A DNA stretch of 63,687 bases, counting the filler, from Octopus bimaculoides (taxonomy: Eukaryota), in the NCBI RefSeq assembly GCF_001194135.2. It is 9 parts of 8 records of this genome, joined end to end, with 100 filler letters (N's around TTAATTAATTAA, not from the genome) between each part and the next. Parts side by side here need not be neighbours in the genome. Positions count along the whole stretch, not along the records: positions 50,315 to 52,641 come from NC_069003.1; positions 52,742 to 56,011 come from NC_069007.1; positions 56,112 to 60,241 come from NC_068994.1; positions 60,342 to 62,418 come from NC_068998.1; 5 more parts are not named here. One strand, given 5' to 3'. This document shows, one piece after another, positions 50,778 to 62,518 of the stretch; the stretch's first letter is position 1, and each line of letters opens with the position of its first letter. The notes under the pieces are model-generated. The model was not told where the DNA came from, did not search any database, and was given only the letters and a program-made list of their open reading frames with translations. Both the position numbers and the translations under genes were made by a program.

Positions 50778-51739
50778 GTAATTTTTTTACAATATTATTT
50801 ACTGTTATTTAAGCTTTTAAACCAGTGAAACTATATTTGATATTTGTAACAATGGTGTAATATTTCTAAATATTTACTTTAACTCTAGGATAATACTGAC
50901 TTATCTTTCTCCTTCCCCTGAGTGACATCTTGTGACTCTATATCTCATTTTTAGCTCCTTTTCATATCTTCCTTCAATGTCTGCCCACCACTTTGACACA
51001 CATAACATCCATCCCTACATACCTCTAACATCCATCTCTATCACTGTGCATCTCTCTCTCCCTCTCTCTATTTCCTCTTTCTACTCTCCCACACAGCACA
51101 TCCTTTGAGTGATATCTAATGAGTGTCTCATCTTAAACTCCTTTCCATATCTGCCTTCAATGTTTACCCTCACTTTGTCACTCACAATATCCATCCTTAA
51201 ATATCTCTAACATCCGTCTCTATCACTGTGCATTTCTCTCTCTCTCCCCTTCCCTCCCTCCTCCTATTTTCTCATTTATCTACAGTTTTATTATACAGTT
51301 TAGATACTCTGCATATTTTGCGTACTCCCAATAATCACTTTCTTGAGCCACTCCTGTTTCTCTCACCTTCACCTCCCATCAAACCACTACTTACTGTCAG
51401 CCATATTTCCACTCTTGTTCAATCTTCACTACATTCGTCTCTAACCCCCTGGCTCCATCACTAACCCCTTATAACTCTCTTCTCTCACTCCGCTCAACAA
51501 CCAGTGTTGGTCTGTTTATGCACCTGGCCTAAATATTCTGTTTGTTTTATGTTCAAACTGGCCAGATCCAACCTCTCACACCTACCATACAATGTCATTC
51601 TAAAAATATACAATCTTATCATCAAAATCTTGAAACTATGAGATAAAGCATGATTATCTGAATGCTAAAGGGTTAAGACAGAAAAGTGAACCTTAAAAAG
51701 TCATAAATAGGAAAAGGCACACTTCAAAATTAGTGTTAG

Positions 51740-51900
51740 TGAATTTTGAACCAAATTAGAATCTTTGAAGGTTGTAGTGTCCCAATAGATAGCAACAAGC
51801 ATGGGTAGTTTATTCCACGCTTTGACAATTCTCTGTATAAACATAATATAGTACTTCCATTCCATAAATTAGGGAGTCATTGGAACCTTAATGGAGATGT
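51740..51900 (-). mobile_element. CR1/L2-type LINE 3' coding remnant
   Basis: Minus strand FIQRIVKAWNKLP...TFKDS resembles the FFxxRVVxxWNxLP...FK motif at the end of CR1-group ORF2. Confidence 0.5.
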
Positions 51901-51931
51901 ATTTTTATCTTCATGTCTTTTCATTCTTTAG

Positions 51932-52031
51932 AAATATCGTCCACTTCGTGACATTTGGTGGGTGAAAGGCAAGAAACCTACTGGAGAACCTGATTGTGGT
52001 TTTGATGGCATCAAGTGTATTGCCAAAATAG
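51932..52031 (+). CDS. Receptor guanylyl cyclase ectodomain, juxtamembrane exon (phase 0 to 1)
   Basis: Acceptor cattctttag| and donor ATAG|gtaggt. Translates KYRPLRDIWWVKGKKPTGEPDCGFDGIKCIAKI, matching the IxWxxGxxPxxEPxCGFDGxxC motif that precedes the TM helix. In phase with the 50623-50777 exon. Confidence 0.88.
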
Positions 52032-52424
52032 GTAGGTAGAACATTCTTTGTTTTGTAATTCCCAAGCCAACCCCAGGATGAACAGATCATTGAAGGTATT
52101 TCAGCCCCAAAACAAACTGGTGGCTTATTATTTTCAGCCATAATATTCCAGTGTTGGTTGGAGTCATCTACTCAGTAGTTGATGATGATGAAGATGGGAG
52201 AAAAAGATTACTTATTAAAATCATCATCATCATCATCATCATCATTAAATACACACATATATACATATACACACATATATACATTCACATTCATACACAC
52301 ACATTTGCATAAGAAGTGGTATCAAAAAGTTCCTGGACTAGTTCTGTAGCACACCAACAGATGGCAGCACATGGTTGCATGTGCAGTAAGAGCTAGAAGT
52401 GACCTTGTGCCTTCAGTAGAAAGG

Positions 52425-52481
<57 letters not shown>

Positions 52482-52489
52482 GTTATTAC

Positions 52490-52641
52490 TTTTATTATTA
52501 TTTTATGTTTGACTTTTGCTTTGCATTTGTACAACTTGGCTCCAAGTCTCACCCAGAGACCTCAAGAGACAAGTTAGAAGTTCATGTTGGTGTTATGCCT
52601 AGGGTGTCATATATTTGGTTTTGTACATAGTGTTGTTCTAG
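52490..52641 (-). mobile_element. Probable 3' UTR of another microsatellite-tailed RLE LINE
   Basis: Minus strand ...GAGGTCTCTGGGTGAGACTTGGAGCC... ends directly in (AAT)n. No coding motif is visible. Confidence 0.35.
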
Positions 52642-52762
52642 NNNNNNNNNNNNNNNNNNNNNNNNNNNNNNNNNNNNNNNNNNNNTTAATTAATTAANNN
52701 NNNNNNNNNNNNNNNNNNNNNNNNNNNNNNNNNNNNNNNNNATATATGTGTATATGTATATA

Positions 52763-52789
<27 letters not shown>

Positions 52790-52794
<5 letters not shown>

Positions 52795-53062
52795 GAATAT
52801 TAAAGATAAAGTTTTCGGTACCGTATTATCTATATTTGAAAGAATGAGTAGAGATGACTTTTTTGAGGGTATAATTTTTATTTTAATCTTTATTAAAGGT
52901 ATCGTGCAAAGCCTGATTGGGGGCTCAATGTTCCAAGCCCTTTTACAGGACTTAGGGAAACTGAAAGCCCGCTGCAATAAGTGTGTGAATCTAAGAGGGG
53001 AATAATTAACTGATCCTCCTGTATTTTCTTTTGCCCAAAACTGGGAACTTTGCAGCATATAT
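52790..53062 (+). mobile_element. Mariner-derived fragment, same family as 8035-8240
   Basis: Shares TTTTACAGG(G/A)CTTAG..AAACTGAA...TGTGTGAA and TGATCCTCCTGTATTTTCTTTT.CCCAAA...GGAACTTT with the 8.1-kb copy. Confidence 0.6.
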
Positions 53063-53101
53063 AATTTCCCACAATTTTTGGTTTTGTTTCAATATTTGCA
53101 G

Positions 53102-53182
53102 AGTTCTGATTATGTTGCAGCCTGGGGTTGGTCTCTTGGCTACAGTGTCCTGTTTGTTCTGGTCAGTTCCAGCACCGTTGTG
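53102..53182 (+). CDS. CLC chloride channel/H+-Cl- exchanger, internal exon (helix C region, phase 0 to 0)
   Basis: Acceptor atttgcag| and donor GTG|gtgagt. Translates SSDYVAAWGWSLGYSVLFVLVSSSTVV and joins in frame to the next exon's FLCPSAGGSGIPE. Confidence 0.8.
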
Positions 53183-53854
53183 GTGAGTGATCTTCATAAA
53201 TATATATCTTTTGTATTTAATGTCTTCACTCTGTGTTCTCTGTGTCAACAAAAGTCCTTTTCCCTTGTCAGGATAATTCTAATGTCTACTTGGTTGGTGG
53301 GAAATGAAGGACTTCAGTTGTATGATGGGCATGCTTGTTTACAGCTATTGTACAGTGTCAAGATAAGGAGATGCAAACACACACATACATACGTTTATGT
53401 GTGTGTGTGTCTCTATGTACACACACAAACACACTCAAATATGTATCTATGTATGTACATGCACATATATATGTATGTGTTTCAGTGTGTGTGTGAATGG
53501 ATGTGGTCCAGTGTAAAATATGCCGAATATGCTCTTTTTTTCACTTCCATTATAGCTTTGAAAAAAATAACTGTTAAAATCAAACTGCACTCTTCAAAAC
53601 TTGCACTAAGAATAAGGACAAGGTAAAATTACTACCTGCTTTTATAGCAAGATGATGCAGGTAGTTTATCCTGTCCCCCTCTGACTTTTACTTCATGCAG
53701 TTGAAAAAGCCACATTATTTAATGGATGACCCAATATATATATGCATATATATATATATATATACAAAGAATAAAAAGTTTAGAATGGTACAACAATGCA
53801 CTATAGAATAAAAAATGGACTATATACCTGTTGTAATTTGGTTATCTATAGTCC

Positions 53855-53890
53855 GATGATATTTCGGAATTATAATTCCTTCTTCAGATC
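53855..53890 (-). ncRNA. Minimal hammerhead motif antisense within a CLC intron
   Basis: Minus strand: GAU-CUGAAGA-A-GGAAU(UAUA)AUUCC-GAAA-U-AUC-AUC. Canonical core, AUAU palindrome, 3-bp stem I. Confidence 0.65.
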
Positions 53891-53914
53891 TTCTTAGCTG
53901 GAGTCTCTGCTATA

Positions 53915-53954
<40 letters not shown>

Positions 53955-54165
53955 AATGATGCTGGTGCCATGTACAAAGCACTGGTGCTGATATCACATA
54001 AACAGCAGCCATTACTCTCTGTAAAGTGGTTGGTTAAGAAGGGAATCCTGCCATAGAAACCATGCCACAACAGACATAAGGAACATGTTGTGGCTCCTGG
54101 TCTTGCTGGTTCCTGCCAAACCATTCAACCTATACCAACATGGAAAACTGACATTAAATGACGAT
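53955..54165 (+). repeat. Interspersed repeat family F (RTE-associated SINE-like)
   Basis: CTCTGTAAAGTGGTTGG..AGGAAGGG.ATCC...CATGGAAAACTGACATTAAATGATGATG. Related copies at 49730-50070 (-) and 55190-55300. Confidence 0.6.
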
Positions 54166-54276
54166 GATGATGGGGTGTGTGTGTCTGTGTATGGAATGTA
54201 CTTTCTGCTTTCTTGCTGTCGTACCTCTCTCTCATATTGAATTATTTTTCTATTCTCACGCTTCACCCCAAAAAAG

Positions 54277-54452
54277 TTCCTTTGTCCAAGTGCTGGAGGC
54301 TCAGGAATTCCAGAAGTAACAGGCTTTCTTAATGGAACCCATATTCCGAAGATGTTCAGCTTGAAAACAATGATTGTCAAGTTCATCTCCTGTGTTTGTG
54401 CTGTTGGCTGTAACATGCCAGTTGGTCCCGAGGGACCCATGATTCATTTAGG
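54277..54452 (+). CDS. CLC chloride channel/H+-Cl- exchanger exon carrying the GSGIPE and GxEGP motifs (phase 0 to 2)
   Basis: Translates FLCPSAGGSGIPEVTGFLNGTHIPKMFSLKTMIVKFISCVCAVGCNMPVGPEGPMIHLG, with both CLC signature motifs. Donor GG|gtaagt. Confidence 0.92.
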
Positions 54453-54628
54453 GTAAGTTTTTTAGGGGCAGTTTGGGACAGTTGGTCCCCAAAAATTTTA
54501 AATTGCTTTTACAATCAACTTCAACAGAATATTTGTTTTATCCACCCTTAACACCCCTTTTTTCTACAATCATTCCTGGTACCCACACATGTCTAAACAT
54601 AACCCCATGCCCGATCCACTCCTACATC

Positions 54629-54789
54629 CAGGGGCGGACTGAGAGTATTAAGGGCCCTTGGATATAACTGTTTACTGTTCGGCCCCTTTGAATGTGAGTT
54701 TTAGTAGAGTTAATATATAGACTGTGGGCCCCTCAGAGCTCTAGACCCTCGGGCAGTGCCTGATTGATCAACGGCTCAGTCTGCCCCTG
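54629..54789. mobile_element. hAT-type MITE (161 bp) in a CLC intron
   Basis: 15-bp TIR CAGGGGCGGACTGAG / CTCAGTCTGCCCCTG (1 mismatch). Perfect 8-bp TSD CCTACATC at 54621-54628 and 54790-54797. Confidence 0.9.
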
Positions 54790-55445
54790 CCTACATCTCT
54801 GACCATCAGTTACTAAGCTCACCTCTCTTCCAGCTGACCCCATCTCCTGAAACCCCTATGAAGCTTTCACATCTGTCCCCTCTGCCCACTCATCCTTTCC
54901 AGCCCTCTCTATCATTTCCCCTGTATTCACCCAACCCCAGTGTACCCTGAAGGTATGTCTCGGCACATATCCACCATCATCTCACTCTCTGTTTCTCTTT
55001 CTCTTCTTTGTGTCTATCTCTTCCATGACAACACTCCTCTCTCTCTCTCTCTTTCTTTCCCCCTCTATTATTCTTTTAACCTCTCATGAGCTGGCAAAAA
55101 AAACCACCTCCTTCACTACCACCTTCCCTCTCAGTTGGGTGGATGGGGGGGATGAGGGTGTCTTTTTCTTGCAAGTTACTTGGTGCTCCCTACTAGTGCT
55201 GGTGCCTCAAGAAAAGCACCCAGCACCCTCTGTAAAGCAGTTGGCATTAGGAAGGGCATCCAGTTGTAGATCCCATGTCAAAACAGATGATAGAGCCTAA
55301 AGAGGGGTTAGTTGCTATATGCACGGAGTGGGTTGTATTGGTGTTTGTTGTTACTGAACGGAGCCCACCCGACTCCCTCAGTCAATCACCGTTTCTTATT
55401 TTCAACACTGTTAATTTGTTGTTGTCGTTGTTATTTTTATTCTAG

Positions 55446-55517
55446 GGCTCTGGTAGGGGCCACTCTCAGCCAATACAACATCAGGATTTGTAGCCAGTTT
55501 CACAACCCTGAAGATAA
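55446..55517 (+). CDS. CLC exon, helix F onward (phase 2 to 2)
   Basis: Acceptor ttttattctag| and donor GATAA|gtatgg. Translates (G)ALVGATLSQYNIRICSQFHNPED(K/N), matching the CLC pattern GAxxGAxxSQ...FxNxxDxR. Phase fits the previous exon. Confidence 0.85.
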
Positions 55518-55544
55518 GTATGGGTCTCTTTGTAGTTCTTTATC

Positions 55545-55840
55545 ATGAACACACACACACACATTCCTTACTCACACACACTCTCCTTATTCTGACACAT
55601 ACATACACATGCACACACACACGCACACTCCTTATTCACACACACACTCCTTATTCATACACATGCACACATGCGCATACATTCCTTATTTATACGCATA
55701 CTCACACACACACACACTCACACATACCACTCCTTATTCACACACGCCCACCCACACCCCTTATTCATGCACACACACACATGCACACTCCTTATTCACA
55801 CACATGTGCACACACACCCACAGACACACACACACACATT
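55545..55840. repeat. Cryptic minisatellite: CTCCTTATTC motif embedded in (CA)n
   Basis: About 8 copies of (T/C)CCTTA(T/C)T(C/T) separated by variable CA-rich spacers. Confidence 0.85.
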
Positions 55841-56201
55841 CTGTAAATAATTCTGTAAATAATAATAATATTATTATATTAAATAATAATAATAATAATG
55901 ACAGCAAGAGCACAAACCTTCGCCAAGGCAACACCAACATCCTCTCAACGATTAGCCAGAGATGATAGCGGCGTATGCACACTTGTCTCTTATATATATA
56001 TATATATATATNNNNNNNNNNNNNNNNNNNNNNNNNNNNNNNNNNNNNNNNNNNNTTAATTAATTAANNNNNNNNNNNNNNNNNNNNNNNNNNNNNNNNN
56101 NNNNNNNNNNNTTAAATGATTTCTTGCATTGTTTTTCTTTTTGCCGTTCCCAGATTTTGGATTACGGTTATAGCATAGCAACACCTTCTAGAGTTCCGTC
56201 G

Positions 56202-56244
<43 letters not shown>

Positions 56245-56916
56245 GCATATAAAAAATATAAGTATACCTTTTAAGTTTTAACCTTATTTTCGATATGATA
56301 ATAATTATAACAAACTTTATAAATTATGTATATGTACATTAATTATAAATAATTAATAATTATATATTGTCTATGTATATATTTTTATATATATACAGCT
56401 GTCTATTAATTATATATATATCTAAACACTGTTTAGTTTTGTTTATTTCATTATTATCCCTATTTGATAAATATTCACTATATTTTATTTAATCTATGTG
56501 ACTTAGTATAAATTATCTGACTGTCTCTCAACCATACAATCTTTATTTCTCACATTCCTACACACTGTTTCTTTTTTAATATATAACTAAATCTCCTTTC
56601 CTCTTTTGTATAGAAAACTATTTCATTAATTATTGTCTCCCTTACACTTAGATTTGAAAATGACTTTTTGTGTGTGTATACTGGAGTTGAAGAGTCGATG
56701 GAACCATGATACTTTGTGGATCTGATGAGCTAGCCTTCTAACTGTGCAATTATACCATGTAATTTATAAGATATACACTAGAGCATGCATGTAAGATAAT
56801 TTATTATGCACCAAAATAAATTATTTTTCCATGATTTTTGCTACGAAACGATCGTAACCTTATGGATATCAACTGGTGAAATAAATATATTCATCTCACA
56901 CCTCCAGACATATGTT

Positions 56917-57018
<102 letters not shown>

Positions 57019-58029
57019 GCATCTATTTAAGCGCTACAATTACTTCGTTTCCCTGGTAGATCACTCTTCAGAAGGACAGATATGAAAGACAGATTGAATA
57101 CAAAGAAAAAAAGGAAGGAAAGCAGTGTAAAGGAAAAACGACAGATGCTGATATCTGATAAAATTTAATGGAGACCTTCAGTGAAACTGGTAAACATTAG
57201 TATTAGTAGCAATGATGATAATTTTGAGGGTTTGGTAGTTTTGTGTCCGAAACAAGTATCCATTTCTGCTAGCTGTAAATATAAAAATAAAAATAAAAAC
57301 AGTGACGGTAAGGAAGGTGCGAGTAGTGAAGGAGAATGTTTGGTGGTTGGAGGAAGACATATGAAAACGTTGGAAGAAAGGAAGGGATGAAAGAGGAAGT
57401 GTAAGAATATGTATATGAAGAGAGATAGATAGACACACAGAGAAGCATGTGTGCGTGTGTGTGTGTGCGTGTGTGTGCGTGTGTGTGCGTGTGAATGTGT
57501 GTGTGTGCGCGCGCGCTTATACATATTATGTGTGTGTGTGTATACATATATATATGTTCAGCTTCACTGCGTGGCACCTTGGACAAGCGTCTTTTACTAT
57601 ACCTTCGGGTTGACCAAAGCCTTGTGAGTGGATTTGGTACATGGAAACNNNNNNNNNNNNNNNNNNNNNNNNNNNNNNNNNNNNNNNNNNNNNNNNNNNN
57701 NNNNNNNNNNNNNNNNNNNNNNNNNNNNNNNNNNNNNNNNNNNNNNNNNNNNNNNNNNNNNNNNNNNNNNNNNNNNNNNNNNNNNNNNNNNNNNNNNNNN
57801 NNNNNNNNNNNNNNNNNNNNNNNNNNNNNNNNNNNNNNNNNNNNNNNNNNNNNNNNNNNNNNNNNNNNNNNNNNNNNNNNNNNNNNNNNNNNNNNNNNNN
57901 NNNNNNNNNNNNNNNNNNNNNNNNNNNNNNNNNNNNNNNNNNNNNNNNNNNNNNNNNNNNNNNNNNNNNNNNNNNNNNNNNNNNNNNNNNNNNNNNNNNN
58001 NNNNNNNNNNNNNNNNNNNNNNNNNNNNN

Positions 58030-58147
<118 letters not shown>

Positions 58148-58746
58148 GCAAATCAATAACAAAAACAAAATCAACCTCAAAAACAATAAAAGCCCAAGAG
58201 ACGGTTACTGGTTGACGAAGGAAAAAGTTAAGAAGTAAAGGTTAAAAGAGTTGAAGTAGAACATTTTCGTAGGATGCACAGAGAAAGGTCCAAGGAAAAG
58301 GAAAAGGACAGTCGGTGAAAGAGATACGAAAAAGGAGAGATTCAGGATGGAGTGCACATATACGAATGAGTGAACAAACTAAGAAAAAGTAGCATTCAAT
58401 ATATTTAGAAGAAGTTACTCATAGTTTTAATAACTGTTAGACTGAACTACATGTGATTTTAAAGTTTTGTGAGCGCGTACATCTCATCAGATGCAAGGAG
58501 CAGTCCTATGCCCCCACGAAATCTCAAGTCGTGCGGCGTTGCGTGTAATTGTTATTACACATACACACACACAGACACCTGAACACCCCACACACACACT
58601 TCTTTCAGTTTCCGTCTACCAAATACATTCATAAGGCTTTGGTCGGCCTAAGGCTATAATAGAAGACACTTGTCTGAGGTGCTGGAGCCATGTGGTTTGG
58701 TTGGAAAACAATCTTCTTGCCCCACGGCCACTCCTACAACCTATTT

Positions 58747-59720
58747 TTTGGAGAGGCAGTTATAACTGTTCTGAATTGTTGTACTTTCAGTATATCGTTA
58801 CTATACATCTAACAAGCTGACTGCCATCTTTTGTTATTGAAGAATGAAGGAGACGGCTGTTACGGCACTTTGAACACATCTTATTAAACACTGCTTGTCA
58901 AAGTAGATTAATTTGCAGTCAGGACGTGAAAGCAACTTGGAAGTTGTCTATGCTGTAAAGTTTTCTTTTAAACTGGACACAAACGCTACAGAAACTTATG
59001 TAATGCTTATGGATTAAACTTGTAAGGGCTGAACATCTGCTTTTGGCTGGTACACATACACACACACAGACACCTGAACACCCCACACACACACTTCTTT
59101 CAGTTTCCGTCTACCAAATACATTCATAAGGCTTTGGTCGGCCTAAGGCTATAATAGAAGACACTTGTCTGAGGTGCTGGAGCCATGTGGTTTAGTTGGA
59201 AAACAATCTTCTTGCCCCACGGCCACTCCTACAACCTATTATGATCTCATTTTCAACAGTAACGACATCTACATCTATGAGGTTCCCTCTGACCAGACTG
59301 CCAACAAAGAGTTCTTTGTGGAGGTACTAAGGGAGTTCAGGAAGAAATTTCATTGCAAAAGGCCAAAACATTTGCACCGGGACAATGCACCAGTTGTTAC
59401 ATCCTGGTAACCAGCTACTTGATAAACATGAGTATCGAGACCGTCCCTTACTTTCCTTACAGTTCAGGCATTACTCCCTCTGACTTTTGGTTGTTCTCCA
59501 AGCTGAAGCTGAAGATGAAAAGAGCTGTGACAAGGTGCCTGGACACTTTCACTTTGGAGGACTTCCATGGAGCCTTCACGAAGCAGCTGGAGCGCTACAA
59601 CAAGTGCACCGACGTCAGAGAATCTTGCTTTGAAGGTGATTAGAGTTTTATACATTTATGAAATTAATAAATGACTCTCCTGAAAAAAATCTTAAAACAT
59701 CTGGAAAGCACCTCATGTAT
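58747..59720 (+). mobile_element. Degenerate mariner (DD34D-like) element interrupted by a 190-bp copy of its upstream flank
   Basis: The 5' part has YAVKF..KLDTNATETYVML. The 3' part has LHRDNAP...TVPYFPYSSGITPSDFWLFSKLK...ERYNKC...FEGD*, followed by a TIR-like end at about 59700-59718. Confidence 0.8.
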
Positions 59721-60195
59721 GTATGTATGTATGTATGTATGTATGTATGTATGTATGTATGTATGTATGTATGTATGAGAGAGCAGTGCATGCCATCAAA
59801 GTAACACTAGGGTAAAATATAAGGGTACAGCAGGCACATGCATTACAACCATATGTGAATGACATGTTGATTTCATATTAAGATAAACAGCGCATGCAGG
59901 TAAAGCCCAGTTAGAATTTTCTTCAGGTCGAGTAGCCCATCCTACTCAAAAGGTCCCTTAATGAGGGTTGTTTAAGGATAATGAACAAAACACCCATGTT
60001 TCCAAAGGTGAATTATCTGAACCCCAAAGAATTCCTCTCAACACATGGCTATGATGCTTCCCACTACTTCTGCTCTCAATCAGAGATGCACATATCGTCA
60101 GCCACCGATTTGTTCGACTAAAAGTGGTGCTCCAGCATGGTCAGAGTCAAATGACTGAAACAAGTAAAAGAATATAAATAAAAGAATATATATGC

Positions 60196-60241
<46 letters not shown>

Positions 60242-60587
60242 NNNNNNNNNNNNNNNNNNNNNNNNNNNNNNNNNNNNNNNNNNNNTTAATTAATTAANNN
60301 NNNNNNNNNNNNNNNNNNNNNNNNNNNNNNNNNNNNNNNNNTATATATATATATATTACAGTTCTATATTTAAGAGATGAGGAATTATGTACATTAGTTA
60401 TTTACATTTGACGGCTATTTGTCCTCGCCTTGTTTGTTGTTAACACTACATTTCAGCTGATATGCCCTCCAATCTTTATCAGGTGTCTCGGGGAAATTTC
60501 GAACCAGGGTTCTCATTCGAAATGTATTTTTTCAATGTTGTAGTTGTTATTATTATAATAATAATAATAATTATTATTATTGTTATA

Positions 60588-60659
<72 letters not shown>

Positions 60660-62418
60660 GTTCAGTAGTTTTATTTTTATGACGTGCTTTCACTTCAGTA
60701 CTGAGCGCAGCTCTGTGCGCTTTGTGTATGTGCCGTGGTTTGCTGTGGTGTTCGTATGGTTACTGTATTGAAAGTGTTATGCGTAGGATGTGTGCAGTAC
60801 CCAGTAGTGAAATTTTCTGTATGTTATATATATTTGTAAGTCCTGGTGTTTTGTTATATATTTTTTTGAATATTTTTTATTATACCTAAGGCACCTACTA
60901 TGATAGGAATTGTTTCTGTTTTTAGATTCCACATTCGAGTTAAATCTATTTCCAGGTCTTTGTATTTTGAAAGTTTTTCCATTTCTTTTAGAGGAACGTT
61001 GTCATCTGCTGGTATTGATACATCAATTAGAAAGCATTCTTTTCTTCATGATCTTTGACACCTANNNNNNNNNNNNNNNNNNNNNNNNNNNNNNNNNNNN
61101 NNNNNNNNNNNNNNNNNNNNNNNNNNNNNNNNNNNNNNNNNNNNNNNNNNNNNNNNNNNNNNNNNNNNNNNNNNNNNNNNNNNNNNNNNNNNNNNNNNNN
61201 NNNNNNNNNNNNNNNNNNNNNNNNNNNNNNNNNNNNNNNNNNNNNNNNNNNNNNNNNNNNNNNNNNNNNNNNNNNNNNNNNNNNNNNNNNNNNNNNNNNN
61301 NNNNNNNNNNNNNNNNNNNNNNNNNNNNNNNNNNNNNNNNNNNNNNNNNNNNNNNNNNNNNNNNNNNNNNNNNNNNNNNNNNNNNNNNNNNNNNNNNNNN
61401 NNNNNNNNNNNNNNNNNNNNNNNNNNNNNNNNNNNNNNNNNNNNNNNNNNNNNNNNNNNNNNNNNNNNNNNNNNNNNNNNNNNNNNNNNNNNNNNNNNNN
61501 NNNNNNNNNNNNNNNNNNNNNNNNNNNNNNNNNNNNNNNNNNNNNNNNNNNNNNNNNNNNNNNNNNNNNNNNNNNNNNNNNNNNNNNNNNNNNNNNNNNN
61601 NNNNNNNNNNNNNNNNNNNNNNNNNNNNNNNNNNNNNNNNNNNNNNNNNNNNNNNNNNNNNNNNNNNNNNNNNNNNNNNNNNNNNNNNNNNNNNNNNNNN
61701 NNNNNNNNNNNNNNNNNNNNNNNNNNNNNNNNNNNNNNNNNNNNNNNNNNNNNNNNNNNNNNNNNNNNNNNNNNNNNNNNNNNNNNNNNNNNNNNNNNNN
61801 NNNNNNNNNNNNNNNNNNNNNNNNNNNNNNNNNNNNNNNNNNNNNNNNNNNNNNNNNNNNNNNNNNNNNNNNNNNNNNNNNNNNNNNNNNNNNNNNNNNN
61901 NNNNNNNNNNNNNNNNNNNNNNNNNNNNNNNNNNNNNTCTTCTTCTTCTTCTTCTTCTTCTTCTTCTTCGTATTTGTTAGGTAGATTGATTTCTTGTTTG
62001 TATTTGTCAGCTTCCTTAAATACTGAAAACAGTTTTTTGTTTTACTCGTGTTTTGTGGCTAGTTGTATTAATTTTCCTTGCTTCTGGAGTAGGTAATTTT
62101 GCAGTCCTATGATGGTTATTTTATAATAGTTTTCTAGCTGTATAAGATCCCTGCCACCTTCTGTGCGTTGTATATATAGCCTTTGTATGTCAGATTTTGG
62201 GTGGTGCATCCTATATCCTGTCATTATTTTTCTTGTTTTCCTGTCTATATTAGATAGTTCGTTTAGTGTCCAGTTAAGGATGTTGTAGCTGTAGCTTATA
62301 ACTGGGACAGCTAAAGTGTTGATAACTAATATATTATTTTTAGCATTGAGCTCTGTTTTTAGTATTGATCTAACTCGTCTATAGTACTCTTTCTTTATTT
62401 TTTGTTTCATTTGTGTAT
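60660..62418 (-). mobile_element. R4/Dong-like RLE non-LTR retrotransposon, 3' part spanning an 894-N gap
   Basis: 62042-62410 reads INTLAVPVISYS...HHPKSDIQRLYIQRTEGGRDL. 60740-61040 reads CFLIDVSIPADDNVPLKEMEKLSKYKDLEIDLTRMW...IVGALG (RLE C-terminus). The 3' end abuts (TTA)n. Confidence 0.85.
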
Positions 62419-62518
62419 NNNNNNNNNNNNNNNNNNNNNNNNNNNNNNNNNNNNNNNNNNNNTTAATTAATTAANNNNNNNNNNNNNNNNNNNNNNNNNN
62501 NNNNNNNNNNNNNNNNNN

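Noticed and set aside
52060-52200. Hydrophobic frame PKTNWWLIIFSHNIPVLVGVIYSVV as the missing GC transmembrane exon
   Set aside because: Its phase (2) does not match the upstream phase 1 donor, the intron would be very short, and there is no donor.
56715-56800. CTGATGA with a GCTAG/CTAG stem; similar partial cores at 21243, 26378, 57065 and 58484
   Set aside because: No intact GAAA core or stem I pairing, so at best decayed hammerheads.
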